Below are positions 21,976-30,889 of a stretch of 32,000 nt of DNA, one piece after another. Each line of letters starts with the position of its first letter. Position 1 is the first letter of the stretch. The DNA is taken from NCBI GenBank assembly GCA_963931495.1, contig OZ007020.1:30001-62000 (forward strand), written 5' to 3'. Origin of the DNA: an uncultured Alphaproteobacteria bacterium. GTDB taxonomy: Bacteria; Pseudomonadota; Alphaproteobacteria; Rs-D84. Position numbers and translations under genes: made by a program. The notes under the pieces were generated by a model, which did no database searches, had not been told where the DNA came from, and saw only the letters and a list, made by a program, of their open reading frames with translations.

Positions 21976-24375
21976 TTATTGATTATTCTGGGCAACAACA
22001 AAATCAATTGAATCACCCAATATAACTTCACTTGCGCGGGCCGCCGACTTTATCACACCATGCAATTCGGCCGGTACATCAGCCGGTATCGTCAACGTGG
22101 CCAATTTTGCACCGTTACCAACCTTGCGTTCTGTGCGCAATCCGCGAACTGTCTTTAATACATCCAGCGCGATTTGCATTTGTGACACATCTGTATCATG
22201 TGCCGCATCAGTGTTTGGAAATACCGTTAAGTGCAGCGTTTCGCCACCTTCGTATTGGCGATAAATCTTTTGCCATAATTCTTCGGTCTGGAACGGTATG
22301 AATGGTGCATACATTCCGATAATTGCACGCAACACTTCATATAACGTCCATTGCGCCGATAATTTAGATTCTGGACTGTATTTTTCCGGTGACCAGAAAC
22401 GGTCCTTGATAAATTCCAAATACTGGTCACAAAATACTTCATAGAAAAACGTATCCAGTGCCGCACGTGAATTATAGTTATCGTATTTGTCCAGATATTT
22501 CCGCACATCGGCAATTGTCTTATTCAGTTCTGACAATACCCAACGATCTTCAATAAAGCGCTTTCCCGGCGCCACAAATTCAGATGTCCCGGGTTCAAAA
22601 TCCGTCAAATTCATCAGAACATATTTTGATGCATTCCATAACTTTGTCAGCAGTTTGGAACCACGTTTAACTTCTTCTTCGCTGTATCTGATATCTGTGC
22701 CGATTGGCGCAGTTGCAACCCAGTAACGCAGCGCATCAGCCCCAAATTTTTCAACAATTTCCAATGGGTCCGCACCGTTACCCTTGGTCTTGGACATTTT
22801 TTGACCATGCGCATCACGAACCAATCCGTGGAAATTCACTGTTCTGAACGGAACGTCACCCATTACATACATGCCCATCATTATCATTCGGGCAACCCAA
22901 AAGAATATAATATCTGCACCCGTATACAATAAATCCGTAGGATAATATTTCTTTAATTCGGGCGTTTCATCCGGCCAACCCAATGTTGAAAATGGCCACA
23001 GCGCCGACGAAAACCATGTATCCAGAACATCATTGTCACGGGTTAATTCCCGCCCCCCAGATTGGGCGATGGCATCAGATTCTGTTTCTGCGACATATAC
23101 ATTACCATCGGCATCGTACCACGCCGGTATATGATGTCCCCACCATAATTGACGCGAAATCGGCCATGGGCGAATGTTTTTCATCCATGACATGAACAAG
23201 TTATACCGATGTTCAGGCATAAATTTGATATCACCATTTTCCACAACGCGTATGGCCGCCGTGGCCAATTTTTCCGCATCAACGAACCACTGGTCTGTCA
23301 AGTACGGTTCAACAACCACACCACCGCGTTCTGAATATGGTGTTGGAATCACCTTGTCTTCTATTTTAACCAACAGTCCTGCTGCATCTATATCAGCAAC
23401 AACCGCATCGCGGGCCGTAAATCTGTCCATACCGCGATATTTTTCTGGTACCACAGGATTATCGTTTAATCGTGCATCTGGGGTTAAAATATTTATTGGT
23501 GTCAAATTATGTCGCACACCAACGTCCCAGTCATCAAAATCATGTGCCGGCGTAATTTTTACCGCCCCTGTTCCCTTGTCTGGATCAGCATGTTCGTCGG
23601 CAATAACCGGTATTTCACGATTTGTCAGCGGTATAATCGCACGACGCCCGATAAGATGTTTCAATTTTTCATTTTCTGGGTGTATGGCGATTGCCTGGTC
23701 CCCGAATAGCGTTTCAGGACGCGTGGTGGCAATTTCAATCACACCGCCACCGACCAATGGATAATTAAAATAATAAAATTTGCCATGTTCTTCGCGTGTA
23801 AGAACCTCTAAATCCGATATAGACGTTTGCTGTTTTGGACACCAATTAACCAAGCGCTTTGCCCGATAGATCAATTTGTCATTATACATCTTTACAAACA
23901 GTTTTATAACTGCACGCGACAATCCGTCATCCATTGTAAAGCGTTCACGGTGCCATACCGGCGTTACACCCAATGTGTGTAATTGATTTATAATCTGGCC
24001 ACCCTTGTCCGTACGCCATTGCCACGCGTGTTGTAATAATTCGGCGGTTGTTAATGTGCGCGGATTTATTCCACGCTTTGACAAATCACGTTCAACCAAT
24101 AACTGGGTTGCAATAGATGCATGGTCGGTACCCGGTTGCCACAGGACATCATATCCACACATGCGTTTATAACGGCAAATAATATCCGTCAAAATATTAT
24201 CCAACGCATGTCCCAAATGCAAATTGCCTGTAACATTTGGCGGTGGCATCATTACGCAAAATGGCGCTTTGTCAGATTCTGTATGATTATCCCAGAAATT
24301 ATTGGAATCCCAAAAATCCTGGATTTTATTTTCCATTTCGCGTGTATTAATATTTTTGCCCAGTTCTGTATTCAT
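21976..24375 (-). CDS. valS: Valine--tRNA ligase (~799 aa)
   Basis: The start was set at the ATG at 24375 (MNTELGKNINTREMENKIQDFW). The HIGH region reads PPPNVTGNLHLGHAL and the KMSKS region reads KMSKTKGN. The editing domain is present. Confidence 0.96.
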   Translation of the reverse strand: MNTELGKNINTREMENKIQDFWDSNNFWDNHTESDKAPFCVMMPPPNVTGNLHLGHALDNILTDIICRYKRMCGYDVLWQPGTDHASIATQLLVERDLSKRGINPRTLTTAELLQHAWQWRTDKGGQIINQLHTLGVTPVWHRERFTMDDGLSRAVIKLFVKMYNDKLIYRAKRLVNWCPKQQTSISDLEVLTREEHGKFYYFNYPLVGGGVIEIATTRPETLFGDQAIAIHPENEKLKHLIGRRAIIPLTNREIPVIADEHADPDKGTGAVKITPAHDFDDWDVGVRHNLTPINILTPDARLNDNPVVPEKYRGMDRFTARDAVVADIDAAGLLVKIEDKVIPTPYSERGGVVVEPYLTDQWFVDAEKLATAAIRVVENGDIKFMPEHRYNLFMSWMKNIRPWPISRQLWWGHHIPAWYDADGNVYVAETESDAIAQSGGRELTRDNDVLDTWFSSALWPFSTLGWPDETPELKKYYPTDLLYTGADIIFFWVARMIMMGMYVMGDVPFRTVNFHGLVRDAHGQKMSKTKGNGADPLEIVEKFGADALRYWVATAPIGTDIRYSEEEVKRGSKLLTKLWNASKYVLMNLTDFEPGTSEFVAPGKRFIEDRWVLSELNKTIADVRKYLDKYDNYNSRAALDTFFYEVFCDQYLEFIKDRFWSPEKYSPESKLSAQWTLYEVLRAIIGMYAPFIPFQTEELWQKIYRQYEGGETLHLTVFPNTDAAHDTDVSQMQIALDVLKTVRGLRTERKVGNGAKLATLTIPADVPAELHGVIKSAARASEVILGDSIDFVVAQNNQ

Positions 24376-24465
24376 ATCTGTTACCCCATAAATATCAAGG
24401 ATATAGATTAACAGATTAAAAACAAAATTCAAGCATCCTGTGTACCACCACAATGCGTAATTTTA

Positions 24466-24493
24466 TTGACAAAACGATATATTGAACTAGAAT
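24466..24493 (+). promoter_or_regulatory. Near-consensus sigma70 promoter (TTGACA-16-TAGAAT)
   Basis: TTGACA lies at 24466-24471 and TAGAAT at 24488-24493. The ATG at 24503 is only 9 nt after the -10, and no SD is present. Confidence 0.45.
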
Positions 24494-24502
24494 AAACACC
24501 AA

Positions 24503-24895
24503 ATGTTTAATAAATTATGTAATAAATTATCAAAACTGATTCCAATGTGTTGGATATCGGTGAGCAATTCACCCGAAGAAACATCATACTGTATTGATGC
24601 GGGTCAAGACATGTACATAGATATTTGCAGCCGCGTTGCATACACCGGCACGAACACAATATATGCACGATATGAAATATTTATAAACGATGAACTGGTT
24701 GTCTGTGCCCAACGTCCAATATCGCTGATTGATACGCCATCTGTCAAAAACGTATCACGCGAAACCGCCGAAGCAGAAAAAATAGAACAATTGATGCGCA
24801 TGTGTTCGCGAAAAATACTAAAACAAGAAGCAATCAGTCAAAGAAATCATATGCTGAAAAATCTGTTTGCCCAGAAAAGCGAACATATTCACTGA
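24503..24895 (+). CDS. Hypothetical protein, 130 aa
   Basis: The ORF lies directly behind a near-consensus promoter. I recognise no family. Five Cys lie in the N-terminal 80 aa, and the C-terminal ~45 aa are helical and charged. Confidence 0.5.
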   Translation: MFNKLCNKLSKLIPMCWISVSNSPEETSYCIDAGQDMYIDICSRVAYTGTNTIYARYEIFINDELVVCAQRPISLIDTPSVKNVSRETAEAEKIEQLMRMCSRKILKQEAISQRNHMLKNLFAQKSEHIH

Positions 24896-24903
24896 TTTTT
24901 TCC

Positions 24904-25656
24904 CTATATTGCACGCACTGTGCGACAAAATACAACACCATAAACCGCCACCGCGCCGGCCGCCATCAGCACACGTCGCAATTCTGAAAACGTTGCACCG
25001 GTTGTCATAACATCATCCACCAACAATATTCTGCGGCCACGAATTTTATCTGGATTTTTAACCGTGAACACACCATGAATGTTTTCTGCACGTTGTGCGG
25101 CGTTCTTGTGTCCCATATCTGGACGATATGCACGATGTACACTGGACAAATCCAAAGGCACACCAAACGCACGTGCGATGGGACGTGCCAACAGTACGGC
25201 TTGGTTATAACCACGATGAAACAAACGACGATATGCCAATGGTACAGGCAAAACAACATCTGGGGATATCGTCACATCACGCATTGCCCAAATCATCGCG
25301 CGCGACATGAACAATGAATATTTTATACGTCCCGCATGCTTGAACGGCAACATTGCCGCACGTGATACATCATCATAAACACATGCAGAACGAATTAAAT
25401 CCAGCCCACATTCCCCAGCCGCACAGCGCGGACACAATGGCCGGGGTCCCAAATCCAGATTCGCCGGAAATGGATACCCACACTTGACACATTTTGGATT
25501 ACATATCCAATTAAATTCTGTCCAACATTCGGCGCATAATTCACCGTGCACAGAAACACGTGTCCCGCACAACGGGCACGATGCAGGGAACAAAAAGTTC
25601 ATTAAAAAACGCGTCGCATTATTAATAAAACGACGCGCAGCATTTTTATTCGGCAT
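24904..25656 (-). CDS. comF: ComF-family protein (phosphoribosyltransferase-type competence protein)
   Basis: The N-terminus carries Cys clusters (CPLCG...CAECW...CVKCG). The C-terminal PRTase motif is ILLVDDVMTTGATF. The first ATG (25654-25656) overlaps the upstream gene's TAA as TAATG; the track start at 25662 is a TTG. Confidence 0.88.
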   Translation of the reverse strand: MPNKNAARRFINNATRFLMNFLFPASCPLCGTRVSVHGELCAECWTEFNWICNPKCVKCGYPFPANLDLGPRPLCPRCAAGECGLDLIRSACVYDDVSRAAMLPFKHAGRIKYSLFMSRAMIWAMRDVTISPDVVLPVPLAYRRLFHRGYNQAVLLARPIARAFGVPLDLSSVHRAYRPDMGHKNAAQRAENIHGVFTVKNPDKIRGRRILLVDDVMTTGATFSELRRVLMAAGAVAVYGVVFCRTVRAI

Positions 25657-27068
25657 TACCAAGACATGCTTCTGTATGTTTTTTTGCTGACCGTGTCACC
25701 GAATATATCGCGCTGTTGCTGGGTCAATGTTTCATATTGGTCTAATGAAATCATACGCAACACTAATCCCGAATCATCACGTTGTGACAACACCGGTAAA
25801 ATGCGTTGTTCAGAAATTCCATTATCACGTAAAACTTGTTCCACAATGGCCAATCGGCGCGCCGCCAATTTACGATCATCGGCATCACGCGTAACACTTT
25901 CTGGGATTGATACTTGAACCGCACGGGTTGGATTACTTAACACAATACCCGCATATTCTGTCAGCAAATTATAGTTATCACGTGACAATGCAGAATCTTC
26001 GTTACGGAATTTTATTTTGATTTCCAGTGGTCGTATGCCGCCCGCTTCGGATAAATCACGGGCCGATGTAAATCCGGCTGCGTTTGCGGTTACATCACTG
26101 GCGACATCAAATCTGTCATCAATCTGGAATGCAGACAGATGTTTATTTTCAGACAAAAATGTTTTTCTGAATGCCTTGCGCAGTTCACTGGGACTCATCT
26201 TCGTCATGTCATCACGCACAGATGCGATACGTGGCGATTCCGACTTTTTAACCGCACGGACAACCACGTCATCAACCATTGGCACAACAACACGCGATAA
26301 TGTTACATCTGAATCATTGTTATCCTTGCTTGCAATACGCGTATCCGCATTAATATCACGAACAACATTTTGTTTTTTTACGCTTGGCCGCGCAACCACA
26401 GAACGCGTTTCATGGGCCACAGCGCGCGGCGCAACAGGTTCCAGATTCTGTTGTTCCATAACACTGGCATCGGCACGACGTTGCAGTTCATTCAATCGCG
26501 CAATCTGGGCGTCAATTTCACTTAATGGTTGTGACACCGCACGCGCAACGTTTGTATCATATGTGTCATATGTTGGAACACGGTTGGCAATTTGGCGTTC
26601 ATTATCATTACGTGCAATTGTTGTTGTGGCACGTGGCGCACCAATCAAACTTTCTTCGGGCAGTATGTCATCCGAACGAATAACAGAAAATTCATCCGGA
26701 CTGGGCAGGCGCAATGGCGCGTCTGTATATCCCACAGATGTATCAGAATGCGCCCACAAATCAGAACTGGGGCGATGTGGCGATAAAACATCCGCCGCCG
26801 CGACAATTGGCCCGCCGTGCGTAACATTCACATCAGGCCGTATTTCCGTGTGCGATTTACCCAATATAACATCCGTATCTGTTACATCGTTATTTAACGC
26901 GATATCTTGCCCCCCAGATTGAGATTCATTTATTTTCACAATGGGTTCACCAAACGCCGCACGTGCAGAAACACCACCCGCCGCCAAATTCACAACAGGC
27001 AACCGCGCATCTGCAAACGCCGGAAACACAAGCAATACAGACAATACAGAGACGGCAAAATGACGCAT
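25656..27068 (-). CDS. Secreted hypothetical protein, 470 aa, with a weak OmpA/MotB-like C-terminal domain
   Basis: The start was set at the ATG at 27068 (MRHFAVSVLSVLLVFPAFADA signal peptide), with GGAAGGAAAGGAAA upstream. The C-terminal ~100 aa (IKIKFRNEDSALSRDNYNLLTEYAGIVL...RKLAARRLAIVEQVLRDNGISEQRI) follow the beta-alpha-beta-alpha order of OmpA_C-like domains, but the canonical PG-binding residues are unclear. Confidence 0.7.
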   Translation of the reverse strand: MRHFAVSVLSVLLVFPAFADARLPVVNLAAGGVSARAAFGEPIVKINESQSGGQDIALNNDVTDTDVILGKSHTEIRPDVNVTHGGPIVAAADVLSPHRPSSDLWAHSDTSVGYTDAPLRLPSPDEFSVIRSDDILPEESLIGAPRATTTIARNDNERQIANRVPTYDTYDTNVARAVSQPLSEIDAQIARLNELQRRADASVMEQQNLEPVAPRAVAHETRSVVARPSVKKQNVVRDINADTRIASKDNNDSDVTLSRVVVPMVDDVVVRAVKKSESPRIASVRDDMTKMSPSELRKAFRKTFLSENKHLSAFQIDDRFDVASDVTANAAGFTSARDLSEAGGIRPLEIKIKFRNEDSALSRDNYNLLTEYAGIVLSNPTRAVQVSIPESVTRDADDRKLAARRLAIVEQVLRDNGISEQRILPVLSQRDDSGLVLRMISLDQYETLTQQQRDIFGDTVSKKTYRSMSW

Positions 27069-27140
27069 TTTCCTTTCCTTCCTGTATTTATCATAGAACA
27101 AATGACGAATCGCAGGCAAGCAGAAAATACATCATCCGGA

Positions 27141-28187
27141 TTATTTTGTTATTTCATCACAAATTATTTGTACGGCATTATTTGGAACCAATGATTTTTT
27201 TGCCATTTTTTCCAGTCGCAATGGATTATCAAACAGTTCTGTTAATGTTGTCGCCAACCATTTTGGGGTAAATTTTTCTTGGGGCACAGAAAAGCCGCCC
27301 CCCAGTTGTGCAAAGCATGCTGCGTTTGCCGCCTGGTCTGGATTTATATTTAACGGAACCAGAATTGCTGGTCGCCCAATTGTTTCAATTTCAACAACCG
27401 TACTGGCCCCGGCACGACCAATAATTAAATCAGATGCACATATGGCACCCGCCATATCGTGTACAAACGACAAAACATTCGCATGAATTTTATTATCTGC
27501 GTATAATTTCTGTAATCGTGCGACGTTTTCCGGACGCGTTTGGTGCATTACAAAAATACGCTTGTTTTTCATTTGCAAAATCGCCGCCGGGACAACGTCG
27601 TCCAATATTTTTGCCCCCAGTGAACCACCCGTGACAAACAGTCTGGATTCTTTTGGAATTGGACATGCCGCGGCATCAATAAATTCACGACGAACCGGCA
27701 ACCCAGTATATACCACGCGCGCAGATGTATTGTTTGGTATACCACTGACCGAATGAAAACTGGTCATCAATGTACGCACCCAGCGCATAGTAAATTTATT
27801 TGCCCGACCAATTGCCGCATTTTGTTCATGTAAAAATGTTGGTATATGCCATACATGCGCCGCAAAAACCGGTGCCACAGACGCATATCCACCGAATGCA
27901 ACCACACGCGCCGGACGCGAAAATAAAAATCGCACAGTTAACCAAATCGCAGATACACCGATTTTGAACAACGCGATAATTTGTTGTATTTTGCTTTTTG
28001 CGCCAACACCCGCCGCCCACACAGTTGTAATTCGTGCACCCGCCGGCGCACCATCGCGCACCATTTTTTTTACACGGCCGTCCGTTGAAATTATAACAGA
28101 ATGTCCACGTGCCACCAATTCATCTGCAACACTTAACGCCGGATAAACGTGCCCACCTGTACCACCTGTTGCAATCCATATTTTCAT
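27141..28187 (-). CDS. murG: UDP-N-acetylglucosamine--N-acetylmuramyl-(pentapeptide) pyrophosphoryl-undecaprenol GlcNAc transferase
   Basis: The start was set at the ATG at 28187 (MKIWIATGGTGGHVYPALSVADEL). The GT28 N- and C-terminal domains are present (GRAGASTVVEI). Confidence 0.95.
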   Translation of the reverse strand: MKIWIATGGTGGHVYPALSVADELVARGHSVIISTDGRVKKMVRDGAPAGARITTVWAAGVGAKSKIQQIIALFKIGVSAIWLTVRFLFSRPARVVAFGGYASVAPVFAAHVWHIPTFLHEQNAAIGRANKFTMRWVRTLMTSFHSVSGIPNNTSARVVYTGLPVRREFIDAAACPIPKESRLFVTGGSLGAKILDDVVPAAILQMKNKRIFVMHQTRPENVARLQKLYADNKIHANVLSFVHDMAGAICASDLIIGRAGASTVVEIETIGRPAILVPLNINPDQAANAACFAQLGGGFSVPQEKFTPKWLATTLTELFDNPLRLEKMAKKSLVPNNAVQIICDEITK

Positions 28188-28253
28188 GATTTTGCACCCC
28201 TGCTTTGATATCATAATAATTATATCACTGGAATTTAGTATTGCAATAACGCG

Positions 28254-29393
28254 CTATTTCCACTTGTCTTCACGAACCAATGCCAAAATCATTCCAAACA
28301 GCGCGCAAAACGCCAACAACGATGTACCACCATATGAAATAAATGGTAATGTCATTCCCTTGGGCGGGAATAAATTCAATGTTGACATCAGATTAATACA
28401 TACCTGGGCACCAAACAGCGCAGCCGTTCCCCCAGCCGCATATGCAACAAACCGATCACGCGCATTTGATGCGTTTACAATTAAACGCTTTAATACCAAC
28501 AACAGCAAAACAATTATTACACATGCAACCAGCGCCCCCCAATCTTCGGCAATCGCCGCAAATATAAAATCCGTATGCGCATCAGGCAAAGATTGCTTTA
28601 CAAACGCTTCATCACCACTGCCCAGCAAGCCACCATGCTGAATTGCCTGGACAGATTGCGTAACCTGGTACGTGTCACCAGTGCCGGTAAAGAATGCCAT
28701 AAAACGGTTATGCACATGCGACATGGTAAAAAATGCAAATACACCAATCACACCAACCAAGGCCACCAGCCCCAGAACAACAGACATCGGCAATCCTGCA
28801 ACAAACAACATCGCGCACAGGACCGTACAATACAATACCGCCGTTCCTAAATCAGGGTGATTTAATATAATCAAAACAGCCGGAATAAATATCGCCAGAT
28901 ATGTCCACCAACTGAACAATTTTGGGCGCCACGCTGTTTTGGTTAAAAACATATTTTCGCCGTACAATTCACGCATCTTGGCCAAAAACCATGCCGTCAG
29001 AATTATAAACCCGGGCTTCATCGCATCAGATGGCATAACATTAAAAAACATTAAATCAACAAATCGCGCAGAACCCTTGATTTCATGCGGTGCAATCAGT
29101 GTAACCAATAACAGCACCAGGCAAAACGCAACATCCAACAACGACATCCCCAGAACCATTTTGCGATTAAATGTACTGAATATGACCAATGTCGCAATAC
29201 CACCGATGTAAAAAGGAATTGCCTTTAATATAAAATAATTCCATGGCTGGCCAATACGTTCAGCGGCCACCGAACCAGCAGACACACCAAAAATAACCCC
29301 GATAAATATTAATATCAGCACATACAGCAACAAACGTCTGTCTGTTTCAAAATACCAGTTGGTCAGTTTACTTTCTTCGGTTCGTTTCAGCAT
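28254..29393 (-). CDS. ftsW: Peptidoglycan glycosyltransferase FtsW (SEDS family)
   Basis: The protein is a 10-TM SEDS family member (DFIFAAIAEDWG, PFISYGGTSLL). Its position between mraY and murG supports FtsW rather than RodA. Confidence 0.9.
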   Translation of the reverse strand: MLKRTEESKLTNWYFETDRRLLLYVLILIFIGVIFGVSAGSVAAERIGQPWNYFILKAIPFYIGGIATLVIFSTFNRKMVLGMSLLDVAFCLVLLLVTLIAPHEIKGSARFVDLMFFNVMPSDAMKPGFIILTAWFLAKMRELYGENMFLTKTAWRPKLFSWWTYLAIFIPAVLIILNHPDLGTAVLYCTVLCAMLFVAGLPMSVVLGLVALVGVIGVFAFFTMSHVHNRFMAFFTGTGDTYQVTQSVQAIQHGGLLGSGDEAFVKQSLPDAHTDFIFAAIAEDWGALVACVIIVLLLLVLKRLIVNASNARDRFVAYAAGGTAALFGAQVCINLMSTLNLFPPKGMTLPFISYGGTSLLAFCALFGMILALVREDKWK

Positions 29394-29418
29394 TGCCAGA
29401 TATCACACCATCGGTCCA

Positions 29419-30507
29419 TTACGCGAATTTTAATAAAATCATTGCCAGTCCAGAAAATAATACAGACATTACAAAAAATCTGTCTACAATCTTGGTTTCT
29501 GGCCACCCCAACTCTTCAAAATGATGATGTAATGGTGCACGTAAAAACACCCGCCTGCCGGTACCGGTAATTTTACGCGACGCCTTGAAATACATTGTCT
29601 GGATAAACGAAGACAACAGAATTAAAACCATCATGCCGGCCGCAATTGCCATTATTATTTCTGATTTTAACAGCATCGCAACCGTTCCCATAAATCCGCC
29701 CAACGCCAATGAACCAACGTCACCCATAAATATTGATGCCGGTTTGGCATTAAACCACAAGAACCCCAGAACCGCCCCAAACGCCGCACCCAATACAGCG
29801 TACAAACCACTGGCGGTTGGCAAGAACATCACAGTATCCATAAACCCAATACGCGTCGCCCCATACAATGCAACCACCAATACGACCAGTACCGGCATAT
29901 ACAATTTCGCCAACATGCCATCCAGCCCATCTGTGATATTGGTGGCGTTCGCACTGCCCGCGATTACAAAATATGCAAATATGTAATAGAATATCCCCAA
30001 TGGTAATATTATACCAAACGGCAAACTTAACGACAGTTCTGGTATATACAGCGGAAATGTGCGGTTAATTAAATATGCCAAGATGATGACACACACACCT
30101 TCCAGTGCCAAACGTGCCGCCGGCGACAGTCCATTTGATGCCTTGTGCGATTGGGATGATATTTTTTTATAATCATCGGCAAATCCGATTGCCCCAAACA
30201 TCAACAATGACAACAGCGCAATCCATCCTGTGGGATTTGAAATCGGCATAAATAAAATACTGGGGATAATAATCGCAATGATTATCAGCAATCCGCCCAT
30301 GCTGGGGGTGCCGGCCTTTTTTTTATGTTCAGCCGGAACATTTTCACTGATTGGTTGGCCCCTTTTTTGCCACCGATGCATTAAATTAATAAAAGGCCGA
30401 CCGAACGCCAGCATTATTAAAAACGCAACGCCAAATGCCGCCGCAAATTGTGTCCAACCACTGGCAAAAAAAGTCGCACCACTGTCAAGAAATAACGAAG
30501 TCAGCAT
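29419..30507 (-). CDS. mraY: Phospho-N-acetylmuramoyl-pentapeptide transferase
   Basis: NATNITDGLDGM, FMGDVGSLALGG and PLHHHFE are present. The ATG at 30507 (MLTSLFL, AAAGGAA 6 nt upstream) is preferred to the tracked TTG at 30513. Confidence 0.96.
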   Translation of the reverse strand: MLTSLFLDSGATFFASGWTQFAAAFGVAFLIMLAFGRPFINLMHRWQKRGQPISENVPAEHKKKAGTPSMGGLLIIIAIIIPSILFMPISNPTGWIALLSLLMFGAIGFADDYKKISSQSHKASNGLSPAARLALEGVCVIILAYLINRTFPLYIPELSLSLPFGIILPLGIFYYIFAYFVIAGSANATNITDGLDGMLAKLYMPVLVVLVVALYGATRIGFMDTVMFLPTASGLYAVLGAAFGAVLGFLWFNAKPASIFMGDVGSLALGGFMGTVAMLLKSEIIMAIAAGMMVLILLSSFIQTMYFKASRKITGTGRRVFLRAPLHHHFEELGWPETKIVDRFFVMSVLFSGLAMILLKFA

Positions 30508-30568
30508 TCTCAATTCCTTTGATTTAATTATACTGACATTCTATCACAGAAATCACGCAAAACAAAAA

Positions 30569-30862
30569 CTATTTAACAGTACAATATATCGGCATGCCAT
30601 CATCAAAAAACAGCATCCAATCCGAACCCTTGTTCCACAACGTCACATCTGTGCCATTTAATGTACCAACGTAACGCACCCCGGATGCGGATATCGCCAA
30701 ATCCAGTGTCATCTTGGTCCCATCCAGATTAACATCCAAATGTTCACCATCCCCAGACAAATTTATACCAACGTCATGACTGTCACACTGCAAATTAAAT
30801 TCATACATATCACATGCAGATACAACGAACATCGCACACAGACAAACCAGAATATTACGCAT
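30569..30862 (-). CDS. mliC: MliC-family lipoprotein (membrane-bound inhibitor of C-type lysozyme)
   Basis: The lipobox reads VVSAC. LQCD, ISASGVRY and LWNKGSDW followed by a terminal Cys parallel E. coli MliC/YdhA (YQCD, ISASGARY, FWSKGDEA). The length is 97 aa. Confidence 0.85.
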   Translation of the reverse strand: MRNILVCLCAMFVVSACDMYEFNLQCDSHDVGINLSGDGEHLDVNLDGTKMTLDLAISASGVRYVGTLNGTDVTLWNKGSDWMLFFDDGMPIYCTVK

Positions 30863-30889
30863 ATTTCCCCCCCATATTTGATTCCAGAA

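Noticed and set aside
21976-24375. Possibility that valS is the archaeal-genre ValRS known from Rickettsia, suggested by its short length.
   Set aside because: The HIGH-region context (MMPPPNVTGNLHLGHAL) is the bacterial type, not the ...TPPPTVSG..H.GH type I recall for the archaeal-like enzymes. Only the missing C-terminal arm is retained as an observation.
26017-26922. 301-aa ORF on the plus strand, antisense to the 470-aa secreted protein.
   Set aside because: Its S/R/T/A-rich composition is typical of the antisense frame of a D/E/V/R-rich gene. It has no SD and no recognisable features. The minus-strand frame has a strong SD, a signal peptide, a domain-like C-terminus and TAATG coupling to comF.
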